From positions 86,602 through 150,601 of the forward strand of contig CAYLOQ010000001.1 of assembly GCA_964385425.1 (NCBI GenBank): 64,000 nt of DNA. The letters are read 5' to 3'. Source of the stretch: Candidatus Woesearchaeota archaeon. Its GTDB lineage: Archaea > Nanobdellota > Nanobdellia > Pacearchaeales > GW2011-AR1. Positions 28,546 through 37,809 of this stretch are shown here, one piece after another. A program made the translations under genes and the position numbers. Below the pieces are notes generated by a model. It had not been told where the DNA came from and did no database searches. It saw only the letters and a program-made list of their open reading frames with translations. Numbering within the stretch: position 1 is the first letter of the stretch; the number at the start of each line of letters is the position of its first letter.

Positions 28546-28570
28546 GTTCGAATCCTGGCAGGGCTATTTT
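28546..28570 (+). repeat. Degenerate copy of the tRNA-Gln 3' end (att-like)
   Basis: gttcgaatcctggcagggctatttt vs 27131-27155 gttcgaatcctggtggggctatttt, 23/25. Confidence 0.85.
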
Positions 28571-28956
28571 TCGGGTAAATCCAGGCCATATTTCGCAAAA
28601 AGTTTTTCCACTTTGTCCTTTCCTGTTGAGTAAGGAAATGTTAAAACAAATCCAAGATATGATTTCTTCCACCTTGGTAAGAGGATTTCATCTTCAAAAA
28701 TAATTTTTTGTGTTTCAGAGACAACCCTAACTAATTGTGAGTCAACAGATGTTTTTCCTACTAGAATCGGAGGGTGAAGAGCTCCAGGTTCTTGAACACT
28801 TATGCAAAGATAATCTGTATCATTCCTAAAATAAGGATTCAATATTCCTTCTCTTATACCCCACCCCCCAAGGTCACTTAGGTATTGAACAAGGACTTCA
28901 TGTTCTTTAAAAGGGGCTATTTTTCTAGCAATTTCTTCTTGTAGTTGACTAGGCAT
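28564..28956 (-). CDS. Hypothetical protein
   Basis: 130-aa ORF with a TATA-like element upstream. Confidence 0.6.
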   Translation of the reverse strand: MPSQLQEEIARKIAPFKEHEVLVQYLSDLGGWGIREGILNPYFRNDTDYLCISVQEPGALHPPILVGKTSVDSQLVRVVSETQKIIFEDEILLPRWKKSYLGFVLTFPYSTGKDKVEKLFAKYGLDLPEK

Positions 28957-28999
28957 TAAAAAAATTTAAACAAGGGTTTTTATAAATCCTCCTAAAAAC

Positions 29000-29536
29000 T
29001 CAAATATTCAAAACTTCTTTCCAATTATTCCAAGTTAACCTTTTTTTATTTTTAATGTGTTTATTATATGGCCTATCAAAGATTATGTGCTCCCATTCAG
29101 GATCTTTTAATCCAAATATTTCTGGCTTATCATCAATAAGTATATCTCCTTTTATCAGTGTTTTGTCTTTTGTCAAAATTATTTTTTTAATCCACTCATA
29201 CCCAAAATATTTTTCAACCCACCTATATTTTTCCAACACACTATTTTTATAATTTGTCAGGGGAGATGTGCATATAAAAACCTCGTGACCAATTTTTTCG
29301 ATTTCTTTCAAAGATTCTATACTATCTTTTAACGGCTCAAGATTTTCTATTAACCCTTTTAGGGACTTTATTCGTTGTATTGACTTCTCAAATTCAGGAT
29401 ATTCTTCAGAAAGTTTGAATTTCTTTCTTTCTTTCTCAAAAAACTCTTTTTTTTCAGGATTTTCTTTCAATAGAATTTCAAATATTTTCTTTTCAAATTC
29501 AACAATTACATCATCCATATCCACTAAAATAATCAT
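29000..29536 (-). CDS. 5'(3')-deoxyribonucleotidase (NT5C-type HAD)
   Basis: ILVDMDDV, FICTSP, EKYRW, TKDKTLIKGDILIDDKP, RPYN. Confidence 0.9.
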   Translation of the reverse strand: MIILVDMDDVIVEFEKKIFEILLKENPEKKEFFEKERKKFKLSEEYPEFEKSIQRIKSLKGLIENLEPLKDSIESLKEIEKIGHEVFICTSPLTNYKNSVLEKYRWVEKYFGYEWIKKIILTKDKTLIKGDILIDDKPEIFGLKDPEWEHIIFDRPYNKHIKNKKRLTWNNWKEVLNI

Positions 29537-29586
29537 AGTGATACAATCACAATAATGCTTTTATAGTTTTATGAAAATATTTTCTA

Positions 29587-30258
29587 ATGTCTGAACGAAT
29601 TAATAAGGGTTTTAACATAGGAAAAGAGGAATTAGACGACCGTCTAGGGTTTACAACACAGGTTCCAGAGGGATATCATGTAGTAACCTTAAAAGAAATT
29701 GAAAACTCTGAGGATGTTGTTATCATGGGTATTGAAGAAATGGAATCGTATTTAAGGCGCATACCTTTGATAAGCTCGGGAGATATTTTTCCATATGCTA
29801 ATGCCACTTTTGTTCGGCACGTTTCAAGTTCTAATGGTTTACATGTACCACAAAGGTTTGTCCAAAGAAGTAAATTGATATCAATAATTGAGGGGCTTAA
29901 TCCCTTATACGATAATTTTTGTTTTCCAAATCTATGCAAAAGGCCTGCCCATTACGTATTTGGATTAGATTCTGAAGAAAGGCGTGTTGCAGGTGTTTAC
30001 TTTCCTCCCTTAGTTGAGATAGGTGCCCATACAACACAAGCACTTCTTATTGATGGAAATCATCGTATGACTCTTTATGAAGGGGTGGGGGCAACAGGTG
30101 AGACAATTTTGATAAAGGGCTCCTCAGTTGATCCCCCATACAGTGGAATTCCATGGCATTCAAGATTTGTCGATGAAAAACCCCCCTTGTCAGAAAGATA
30201 TGTTGATTTTAATCCGGTTTTATTAAAGGATTTTGATCATGTTGGAATTGACGGCTAA
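29587..30258 (+). CDS. Hypothetical protein with a ParB/sulfiredoxin-like motif
   Basis: PPLVE...LLIDGNHR. Confidence 0.55.
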   Translation: MSERINKGFNIGKEELDDRLGFTTQVPEGYHVVTLKEIENSEDVVIMGIEEMESYLRRIPLISSGDIFPYANATFVRHVSSSNGLHVPQRFVQRSKLISIIEGLNPLYDNFCFPNLCKRPAHYVFGLDSEERRVAGVYFPPLVEIGAHTTQALLIDGNHRMTLYEGVGATGETILIKGSSVDPPYSGIPWHSRFVDEKPPLSERYVDFNPVLLKDFDHVGIDG

Positions 30259-30305
30259 CTAATTAATATCCCAAACTTTAAATATCCTTTATTCTTAAAT
30301 AAAAC

Positions 30306-30557
30306 ATGGAAGAAAAAGAAATTGGACGTGTCTCCAGCTATTTCAGCCATGTTGGAGTGGCTGCTATAAAACTCTCTGGAAAATTAAAAGTAGGGGACAA
30401 AGTCCATATAAAGGGTAGCACTAGTGACTTTGAAGTTGGTATAGATAGCATACAGATAGACAGGAAAGATGTGAAAGCAGCTAAGAAAGGAGACCACATC
30501 GGAATAAAAGTTCCTGAAAAAGTGAGACCTAACGACAAGGTTTTTCTAGTGAAGTAA
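30306..30557 (+). CDS. Stand-alone EF-Tu domain II-like beta-barrel protein
   Basis: IGRVSSYFSHVGVAAI, LKVGDKVHIKG, AKKGDHIGIKVPEKVR. Confidence 0.8.
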   Translation: MEEKEIGRVSSYFSHVGVAAIKLSGKLKVGDKVHIKGSTSDFEVGIDSIQIDRKDVKAAKKGDHIGIKVPEKVRPNDKVFLVK

Positions 30558-30707
30558 AAGGTTTAACTTTTAAATACTAAACCAATGTTTCTAAAAAAAA
30601 TTTATTAATTAATAAGACTTAAATAGGTCTGAACCTCTAAAAATTTAATCAACCTTGAGTCAAGATTAAAGGAAAGTTTGATAGAGTAAGTTAAGATTTT
30701 ACTCTAT

Positions 30708-30812
30708 GCCCCTATAGTTCAGAGGCCAAGAATGCGGCCCTCTCAAATGGCAACTTGTTGACGTTTGTCGTAGAGCACGGCCGTGACCTGAGTTCGAATC
30801 TCAGTGGGGGCG
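30708..30812 (+). tRNA. tRNA-Glu(CTC) with 32-nt intron at 37/38 (30746-30777)
   Basis: GCCCCTA/TGGGGGC acceptor; CGGCC/GGCCG anticodon stem; BHB helix CTCT/AGAG with bulges CAA and CAC. Confidence 0.93.
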
Positions 30813-30828
30813 CTTACATATTTTTAAG

Positions 30829-31485
30829 ATGAAAAAAAGAGAAAGAATCGAGAAAGTCATGGAAAATCTCGTAAAGTATTATGATTACAAAGAAAGAACT
30901 ACCCTAAACAGTATGAGGAAAAATCCAAATGCGTTCAAAATTCTTATTTCCTGCCTTCTCTCCTTAAGGACCCAGGATAAAAATACAGAAAAAGTTTCGA
31001 AAATACTCTTTGCTGTTGCAGATACTCCCGAAAAGATCCTTAAATTATCTGATAAAAAGCTTGAAAAACTCATATACAGTTCAGGACATTATAAAAAGAA
31101 GGCAAAGACATTAAAGCATGTCTCAAAAGTTCTAATAGAAGAACATAATGGAAGGGTTCCTGATAAGAAAGAGGAACTTTTAGAAATAAAAGGGATTGGC
31201 CCAAAGACAGCGAATATTGTTTTGGCTTTTGCATATGGTCAAATTGTAATTCCTGTGGATGTTCATGTTCATGTTATTGCAAATAGGTTGGGATGGGTAA
31301 AAACAAAAACCCCTGAACAGACAGAAAAAGAGCTTGAAAGAGTGCTACCAAAGAAATATTGGAAAGAAATAAATGCAATTCTAGTACTATTTGGAAAAGA
31401 GATATGTGATACTCGTTCACCAAAATGTTCTCAATGTCCAGTAAGACGTTATTGTCCACGTATAGGGGTTGTACATAGTAGATAA
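30829..31485 (+). CDS. nth: Endonuclease III
   Basis: LISCLLS, HhH GIGPKTA, VDVHV, CxxxxxxCxxCxxxxxC 4Fe-4S motif. Confidence 0.95.
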   Translation: MKKRERIEKVMENLVKYYDYKERTTLNSMRKNPNAFKILISCLLSLRTQDKNTEKVSKILFAVADTPEKILKLSDKKLEKLIYSSGHYKKKAKTLKHVSKVLIEEHNGRVPDKKEELLEIKGIGPKTANIVLAFAYGQIVIPVDVHVHVIANRLGWVKTKTPEQTEKELERVLPKKYWKEINAILVLFGKEICDTRSPKCSQCPVRRYCPRIGVVHSR

Positions 31486-31515
31486 CTTTAAAAGTAAATT
31501 TTTCTAAAAACTTAT

Positions 31516-31632
31516 ATGAAACGCTCATCAAGAAGGTGGAAGAAAAAAAGACAGATGCGTTGGAAGTGGCAGCGTAAAAGACTCAGAAAAGAAAAGCATA
31601 AGCGAAAGCTAAGAAGAGCTAGAAGCAAATAA
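31516..31632 (+). CDS. rpl41e: Ribosomal protein eL41/eS32-type, 38 aa
   Basis: MKRSSRRWKKKRQMRWKWQRKRLRKEKHKRKLRRARSK; MRWKW.RKR.R core; below the ORF-track cutoff. Confidence 0.85.
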   Translation: MKRSSRRWKKKRQMRWKWQRKRLRKEKHKRKLRRARSK

Positions 31633-31690
31633 GACAAAAGATACTTCTAATTATAATAAATTATAAAAGGGGTTATTGTTTGTACACTTC

Positions 31691-32068
31691 ATGCCATTGC
31701 TAGAAACAGATTCTGCAAAAATGGGAGAATTAATGGAGCGTTATACAACACTAAGAGCTCAACTAAAAGATCTCTCTGTAAGCGAACTTGAAGGTTCAGA
31801 TGATTATAGAGAACTTATCCAACTTCAAGACCGTTTAGTTGTGTTTGTAACAGATGCGCCAGAGTTTAGGGGATTATCAGAACACACAGGAATAGTAGCT
31901 GAAATAAGAAACATTATAAGACCCCCTAGAACAGAGGCAGGAGAATCCCCCTTTATTCAATGTTGGCAGGGGAGAGAGATACACGAACAGCCAACTACCT
32001 GTTCGGTCGGCAAAAATAAAATAATTCTTCTCAAGCCCCATAATGTTTATAAGTCAGAACATAGATAA
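31691..32068 (+). CDS. Hypothetical protein
   Basis: ATG at 31691 downstream of a TATA-like element. Confidence 0.5.
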   Translation: MPLLETDSAKMGELMERYTTLRAQLKDLSVSELEGSDDYRELIQLQDRLVVFVTDAPEFRGLSEHTGIVAEIRNIIRPPRTEAGESPFIQCWQGREIHEQPTTCSVGKNKIILLKPHNVYKSEHR

Positions 32069-32074
32069 TCTATA

Positions 32075-33034
32075 ATGGCATCTGAGATCTGGACAGAAAA
32101 ATACAGACCTTCTAAATTCTCTGAAGTTGTTGGCCAGGATAACATAATAAAAAAAGTGGAATCACTGACAAATTCCCTAAATATACCTCATTTGTTGTTT
32201 GCTGGACCTGCTGGAACAGGGAAATCGACGCTAGCACTCATAGTTGTAAAAGAACTCTTTGAAAAAAACTGGAAGGAAAATTATTTAGAATTAAATGCCT
32301 CTGACGAACGCGGAATCCAAGTGGTGAGAGAAAAGGTAAAAAATTTTGCAAGAACAAAGTCCTTGGGAAACATCCCTTTTAAGATAATATTTCTAGACGA
32401 AGCAGATGCCCTTACACCAGAAGCTCAACAGGCATTGAGAAGAACGATGGAAAACTATTCTTCAACCTGCAGATTTATCTTGTCCTGTAATTATTCAAGC
32501 AAAATCATTGATCCTATTCAATCCAGATGTGCTATCTTTAGATTCAAAATCCTAGAGAAAAAAGACATTGAAAGGGTTGTAAGAAAAATTGAAGAAGGAG
32601 AAAAATTACAGATTGGTCCTGAAGCCATGGAGATGATATATGAAGGGAGTGGTGGAGACTGCAGAAGATGTATAAATATCCTCCAATCAACAGCCTCAAT
32701 TTCTCCAGTAATAAGCACAGATCTCGTCTCAACAGTGATTTCCAGCGCAAAACCAAAAGACATCAGAATTGTTCTTGATTATGCTTTATCAGGAGACTTT
32801 CAACGGTCTAGAGAAAAACTTCTTGATGTAATGCTGAAGGAAAGCATCTCAGGACAAGACGTTATTAAAGCGATTCAGAAAGAAATCTGGAATCTTCCTG
32901 TAGAACCAGAGCTCAAGGTCAAACTAACGGAAAAAACAGGTGAAACAGAGTTTAGGATCGTAGAGGGTTCTGATCCTTTCATCCAACTACAATCTCTCAT
33001 AGCCAGTTTTGTCTTAGCTGGCTTGGGGAAATAG
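32075..33034 (+). CDS. rfcS: Replication factor C small subunit
   Basis: WTEKYRP, GPAGTGKS, ELNASDERGI, LDEAD, AQQALRRTME, SRC. Confidence 0.97.
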   Translation: MASEIWTEKYRPSKFSEVVGQDNIIKKVESLTNSLNIPHLLFAGPAGTGKSTLALIVVKELFEKNWKENYLELNASDERGIQVVREKVKNFARTKSLGNIPFKIIFLDEADALTPEAQQALRRTMENYSSTCRFILSCNYSSKIIDPIQSRCAIFRFKILEKKDIERVVRKIEEGEKLQIGPEAMEMIYEGSGGDCRRCINILQSTASISPVISTDLVSTVISSAKPKDIRIVLDYALSGDFQRSREKLLDVMLKESISGQDVIKAIQKEIWNLPVEPELKVKLTEKTGETEFRIVEGSDPFIQLQSLIASFVLAGLGK

Positions 33035-33037
33035 GAA

Positions 33038-33517
33038 ATGAAAAAGAAATTTGTCGGAGTGGGATTCGGAGTTATGTTATTAAAAGATAGGAAGATCCTT
33101 TTAGGAAAAAGACACGAAGATCCTAAGAAAGCAGATTCAGAACTTCACGGAGAAGGAACATGGACAATGCCTGGGGGAAAACTAGAATATCAAGAAGAAA
33201 TTGAAGATGGGGCAAGAAGAGAGGTTAAAGAAGAAACAGGAATAACTTTAAATCAAGCACGAGTAATTTGTGTTAATGCTGACAAAAACGAACATGCCCA
33301 CTTTATAACATTTGGATTATTCTCAGAAGATTTCGATGGAGAGGCACAGGTATTAGAACCGGATGAAATTACGGAATGGGGATGGTTTAAGTCCCACGAA
33401 TTACCAAAAAATATCTTCCCTGCGAGCAAGAAGATACTTGAAAACTTTAAAGCTAAAAAATTTTACATAAAATGCAATGGACAGAGAAATATAGACCAGC
33501 TTATTTTGCAGACATAA
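33038..33517 (+). CDS. Nudix hydrolase
   Basis: PGGKLE...ARREVKEETG Nudix box. Confidence 0.92.
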   Translation: MKKKFVGVGFGVMLLKDRKILLGKRHEDPKKADSELHGEGTWTMPGGKLEYQEEIEDGARREVKEETGITLNQARVICVNADKNEHAHFITFGLFSEDFDGEAQVLEPDEITEWGWFKSHELPKNIFPASKKILENFKAKKFYIKCNGQRNIDQLILQT

Positions 33518-34644
33518 GGGGGCAAGAATTTGCAGTTGAAAAACTCAGAGAATTTTTTAGAAAGTTTGGGAAAGAGAAAAGCATAATTCTTCACGGTCCT
33601 CCTGGAACAGGTAAAACAGCCCTGGCATACGTTTCGGCAAGAGAAACAAAATCTGAAATATTTGAGTTAAATGCTTCTGACCTAAGAAACAGAGAAAAGC
33701 TGGATGCAATCCTAAGACCTGCAACAGAGCAGAGATCTTTAACACAAAAAGGGAAAGTAATCCTAATTGACGAAGTTGATGGAATTTCAGTAGTAGATAG
33801 GGGAGGGATAACAGAGCTTTTATCATTAATAGAATCTTCTGCACACCCAATAATAATAACTGCAAACGACATATGGAATAAAAAATTCAGCACCCTAAGA
33901 AAAAAATCTATACTCGTTCAATTAAAAGAAGTTGATTATAGAACAATGAAGGACGTATTGATAAAAATCTTGAGAAAAGAAGGAAAATTCATAGATAACG
34001 ATCTTCTTACAAACATTGCAATAAAGGCTAAAGGAGATTTAAGGGCAGCCATAAATGATCTACAAACAGCATCTGGAATGAGGGATCCCTCTCAAATATT
34101 GGTTGATGAAAGAGAGAAAGAAACAGATATTTTCAATGTTCTAAGGTTAATTTTTAAGGGAAAGCCAACAAACAGTCATCTAAAAATTTTCGACTCCTTA
34201 AAGATGCCTATAGACGAGATAATGCTCTGGATAGAAGAAAATATTCCTACAGAATATCAAGGAGAAGAACTAGTAAAAGCCTATGACGCCCTAAGTAAGG
34301 TGGATATTTTCAAGAGAAGGATATACAAACAACAATACTGGAGATTCCTAGTTTATGAAAATGCCTTCTTGAGTTATGCTGTTTCTGCCTCAAAAAAAGG
34401 CATAAAAACAGGTTTTACAAGTTACAAAAGACCCACAAGAATTCTAAAAATTTGGTTGAACAACAGAAAGATTGAAAAGAAAAAATCAATCGCCAATAAA
34501 TATGCAAAATATGTTCACGTTGGACAAAAACGTGCGCTCAAGGAATTTCCAACAATAAGACAAATTCTTCTAAACCCAAAAGTACAAGAAGAACTCAGAC
34601 TTTCAGAGGAAGAAATTTTGTATCTAAACAAACCAAAAGATTAA
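33472..34644 (+). CDS. rfcL: Replication factor C large subunit (short form)
   Basis: [46 protein letters not shown]. Confidence 0.93.
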   Translation: MQWTEKYRPAYFADIRGQEFAVEKLREFFRKFGKEKSIILHGPPGTGKTALAYVSARETKSEIFELNASDLRNREKLDAILRPATEQRSLTQKGKVILIDEVDGISVVDRGGITELLSLIESSAHPIIITANDIWNKKFSTLRKKSILVQLKEVDYRTMKDVLIKILRKEGKFIDNDLLTNIAIKAKGDLRAAINDLQTASGMRDPSQILVDEREKETDIFNVLRLIFKGKPTNSHLKIFDSLKMPIDEIMLWIEENIPTEYQGEELVKAYDALSKVDIFKRRIYKQQYWRFLVYENAFLSYAVSASKKGIKTGFTSYKRPTRILKIWLNNRKIEKKKSIANKYAKYVHVGQKRALKEFPTIRQILLNPKVQEELRLSEEEILYLNKPKD

Positions 34645-34648
34645 GAAT

Positions 34649-35188
34649 TTAATAAGAAGGGAGATTTAGCCTTTCCCCAAAATATTTTTTAATTCTCTTT
34701 AATTTCCTATAAGTTAAAAATGTCATGATCACAAAGAGAATAAACAATGAAGAAAGAACGATAACTTGGGTCTGATTCTCTGAGATTATCTCTGAGAGCT
34801 CTCCTCCTTCTGCCTGTGGTATTCCTACAACAATTAACAACAACACTAAACATATCACAGCTATAACTCCAAAAATCATAACTAATGTAGCATAGACATC
34901 AATTTTTTTCTTTGCATTTAATCTCTCTGTAGGTATTGTTGCACTGATCTCTCTTATTTTTTTCCTAGACTTAGATAAACTTCTAAGGGAAAAGATAAAA
35001 ATTAATAACCCCATTATTGAAAAAAATAGAGCAAGGATTGAAAGGGTTTCTCCATTCTTTACATTGTTATAAAGACCATATCCCCCCACAAGAAGAAAGA
35101 AGCCCCCCAAAAAAACCCCCCCAAACATCCCTTCGTGAGAGTCTTCCACATTATGGAGTCTCGCAACATTATACTCGTCTCTTTCCAT
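34649..35188 (-). CDS. 4-TM membrane protein
   Basis: Four hydrophobic segments. Confidence 0.7.
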   Translation of the reverse strand: MERDEYNVARLHNVEDSHEGMFGGVFLGGFFLLVGGYGLYNNVKNGETLSILALFFSIMGLLIFIFSLRSLSKSRKKIREISATIPTERLNAKKKIDVYATLVMIFGVIAVICLVLLLIVVGIPQAEGGELSEIISENQTQVIVLSSLFILFVIMTFLTYRKLKRIKKYFGERLNLPSY

Positions 35189-35273
35189 GAATAAAAAAAG
35201 ATCCTATCTTTTAAAAATACTTCTTAAATCTTTCCACAACTAATTTTATAAACATCTTCCCCTATTTCCTACC

Positions 35274-36584
35274 ATGCCCTATGATATAACTATTGGAAGA
35301 AACGAAGCCGATAAAAAGAGTTTCGGTGATCGTGGTTTAATATCTCTTGGAAAAGGTTATGTAAGAATGGGTCAATATACCTCCTTGAGCAACCAAATCC
35401 TGATGGATATTGCGAGGAGCCACGTAGTCCTCATTGCAGGAAAAAGGGGTTCTGGAAAATCTTATACACTGGGAGTAATTGCGGAAGAACTTTCAAACCT
35501 TCCTGTAGAAACCAGTCAAAATATAGCTTCTTTAATTTTCGATACAATGGGAATCTATTGGACAATGAAATTTAAGAACGAAAAAGACAAATCCCTTTTG
35601 AGCGAATGGAACCTCAAGCCAAGAAATATCCCTATAAAAGTTTTTGTTCCGTTCGGCCACTACGATGAATATCTGGAAAAAGGGATTCCTGCTGACGAAG
35701 CTTTTGCTCTAGATGTCACAGAATTAGATCCAGAAGATTGGATTCTAACTTTTGGACTAGACCTGATACACCCTGTATCTGTATTAATTCAGAGGACTTT
35801 AACTAAACTTAAGGTAGAGGGAGACTTTGATATCGATGAAATAATCTACCTTCTAGAGAGAGACGAGAAAAACCCCAGAGAGATTAAGAATGCCGCAATA
35901 GGGCTTTTCGAGGCAGCAAACACCTGGGGAATATTTGCAAAAAAGGGTAAAGAAGCAACACAAGTAAAAAACCTAATTTCTGCCGGAACCACGTCTGTTT
36001 TAGATCTAAGTATCTATAATGCTGTTGGTGCATTTAACATAAGAGCACTAGTTATCAGTCTAATCTCAAGAAAAATTTTCAATCAGAGGATGGCTTCAAG
36101 AAAAAAGGAAGAAGTAAAAGCCGTGTCTCGTGGTCTTGACTTCTTGTCTGGGACAGAAAAGAAAGAAGAACCTCTTGTCTGGATTTTTATAGATGAAGCC
36201 CATGAATTTCTTCCCTTGAATGAAAAAACAATTGCGACAGATGCTCTAATCCAACTCCTAAGAGAAGGGAGACAGCCCGGAATCTCTTTAGTTTTAGCTA
36301 CGCAACAACCAGGACAGATCCACAGAGATGTTATGACACAATCAGACATTGTAATTGCTCATAGAGTCACATCCAAGCCAGATCTTGAAGCCCTTAATTA
36401 CATAATGCAATCTTATCTCCTAGAAAGCATAAAGAAATATATCGACGATCTTCCCACGCTAAAAGGGAGTGCAATAATTCTCGATGATAATTCAGAAAGG
36501 ATATATCCAATGAGAATAAGACCAAGATTCACCTGGCACGGTGGTGAAGCTCCAACAGCCATCAAGGCAGAGAAGAAGTTATAA
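35274..36584 (+). CDS. HerA/FtsK-superfamily ATPase (DUF87-like)
   Basis: AGKRGSGKS, IFIDEAH, LREGRQPGISLVLATQQP. Confidence 0.88.
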   Translation: MPYDITIGRNEADKKSFGDRGLISLGKGYVRMGQYTSLSNQILMDIARSHVVLIAGKRGSGKSYTLGVIAEELSNLPVETSQNIASLIFDTMGIYWTMKFKNEKDKSLLSEWNLKPRNIPIKVFVPFGHYDEYLEKGIPADEAFALDVTELDPEDWILTFGLDLIHPVSVLIQRTLTKLKVEGDFDIDEIIYLLERDEKNPREIKNAAIGLFEAANTWGIFAKKGKEATQVKNLISAGTTSVLDLSIYNAVGAFNIRALVISLISRKIFNQRMASRKKEEVKAVSRGLDFLSGTEKKEEPLVWIFIDEAHEFLPLNEKTIATDALIQLLREGRQPGISLVLATQQPGQIHRDVMTQSDIVIAHRVTSKPDLEALNYIMQSYLLESIKKYIDDLPTLKGSAIILDDNSERIYPMRIRPRFTWHGGEAPTAIKAEKKL

Positions 36585-37355
36585 AACCCTAAAATCAACC
36601 CTAACTCTAATTTGATAAGGGGCAATTTCTCCAGCTTTCTTAATTCTTAAAATTTTAATCTTCTTCCTGGCTTTCTTCGCCTCTGCTTTTATCTTTTCAA
36701 CAACTAAACCAATCTCATCATCCTTACAAAAATCATAATAAAACACCTTAGTTCCTTTTTTACTCAGAATAAATGCTTGCTGTAAAAAACTATCTTTTAG
36801 TTTTGGTCTAGGCATTACAATTACTTCGAATTTTTCTTTCAACTTTCCTGCAAACCTCTTAACATCCCCCTGAATTAATTCAACCTTATCTTTCACCTTA
36901 TTTAATTCTACATTTAATTTTGCGTATTTATTTGCTTCCCTATTTATCTCAACAGAAACAACCTTTCCTGCCTTAGAGTTTTTGGCAATCACAATTGAAT
37001 AAGGAGCTACACCTGCGAACATCACGAGAACCACATTTCCTTTCTTTACTTTCCCTGCAATCTCCTTCCTTTCATTACTCAACCTAGGAGAAAAATAAGT
37101 TGAATCCAAATTAAAACGAAAAACACAATTATTCTCTCGATACAAAACCTCCTTGGTTTTTTCTCCTGCAAGATATTTTGTTGTCTGCTTTCTAAGCCTG
37201 CCCTGGAATTTTCCAGTCTTCTCTAAAACAGTCTTAACAGATTTATTTTCTTTTAAAATTTTATTTGCAAACTGTTTTTTATCTCTGACTTTTGTTAATT
37301 TCGGAAACTTCACAATAGCTATATTTCCTAAAATATCGTAAGCTCTTTGTCTCAT
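36579..37355 (-). CDS. Trm5/Taw2-family tRNA-modifying SAM-dependent enzyme
   Basis: AYDILGNIAIV, YFSPRLSNER, MFAGVAPY, VEIN, IVMPRP. Confidence 0.88.
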   Translation of the reverse strand: MRQRAYDILGNIAIVKFPKLTKVRDKKQFANKILKENKSVKTVLEKTGKFQGRLRKQTTKYLAGEKTKEVLYRENNCVFRFNLDSTYFSPRLSNERKEIAGKVKKGNVVLVMFAGVAPYSIVIAKNSKAGKVVSVEINREANKYAKLNVELNKVKDKVELIQGDVKRFAGKLKEKFEVIVMPRPKLKDSFLQQAFILSKKGTKVFYYDFCKDDEIGLVVEKIKAEAKKARKKIKILRIKKAGEIAPYQIRVRVDFRVL

Positions 37356-37426
37356 AAAATAAAGAAACAAAAATACAATTTAAAACTTGTGGAAAGATTT
37401 AAAAAAATGATTTTCTTAATGGAGAT

Positions 37427-37780
37427 ATGAACAGAAGAGGACTAATCGGTTTTATCAAAGGTCTTTTATTTTTTGGAGGACTTGCACTAATCGGTCTTGG
37501 CTTCACAGAGCTTTTATCTAAATTTAATCCCTTACTTGGTTTTGTATCGAATGAAATACTCTCTATTGTTATAGGTGCTTTATTGGTCTTATTCGTGCTC
37601 TGGAGATTTCTGGCTAATAGGAAGAAAAGAAAACTAGCTATGGTTAATACCGAAGTGGGGGAACCAGCTGTTTTACCAAAAAGAGAAAGGGGAAGATTTG
37701 GGGAAAGAAGACCCGTAAATACAGAAATTTTGAAAAACATAAATACTGTTAAAAAATTGAGAGAACTGGAAGGAACATAA
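37427..37780 (+). CDS. Small 2-TM membrane protein
   Basis: Two hydrophobic helices then a basic tail. Confidence 0.6.
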   Translation: MNRRGLIGFIKGLLFFGGLALIGLGFTELLSKFNPLLGFVSNEILSIVIGALLVLFVLWRFLANRKKRKLAMVNTEVGEPAVLPKRERGRFGERRPVNTEILKNINTVKKLRELEGT

Positions 37781-37809
37781 ATAAAATAATTATTTCTAAA
37801 AAAGATTAA

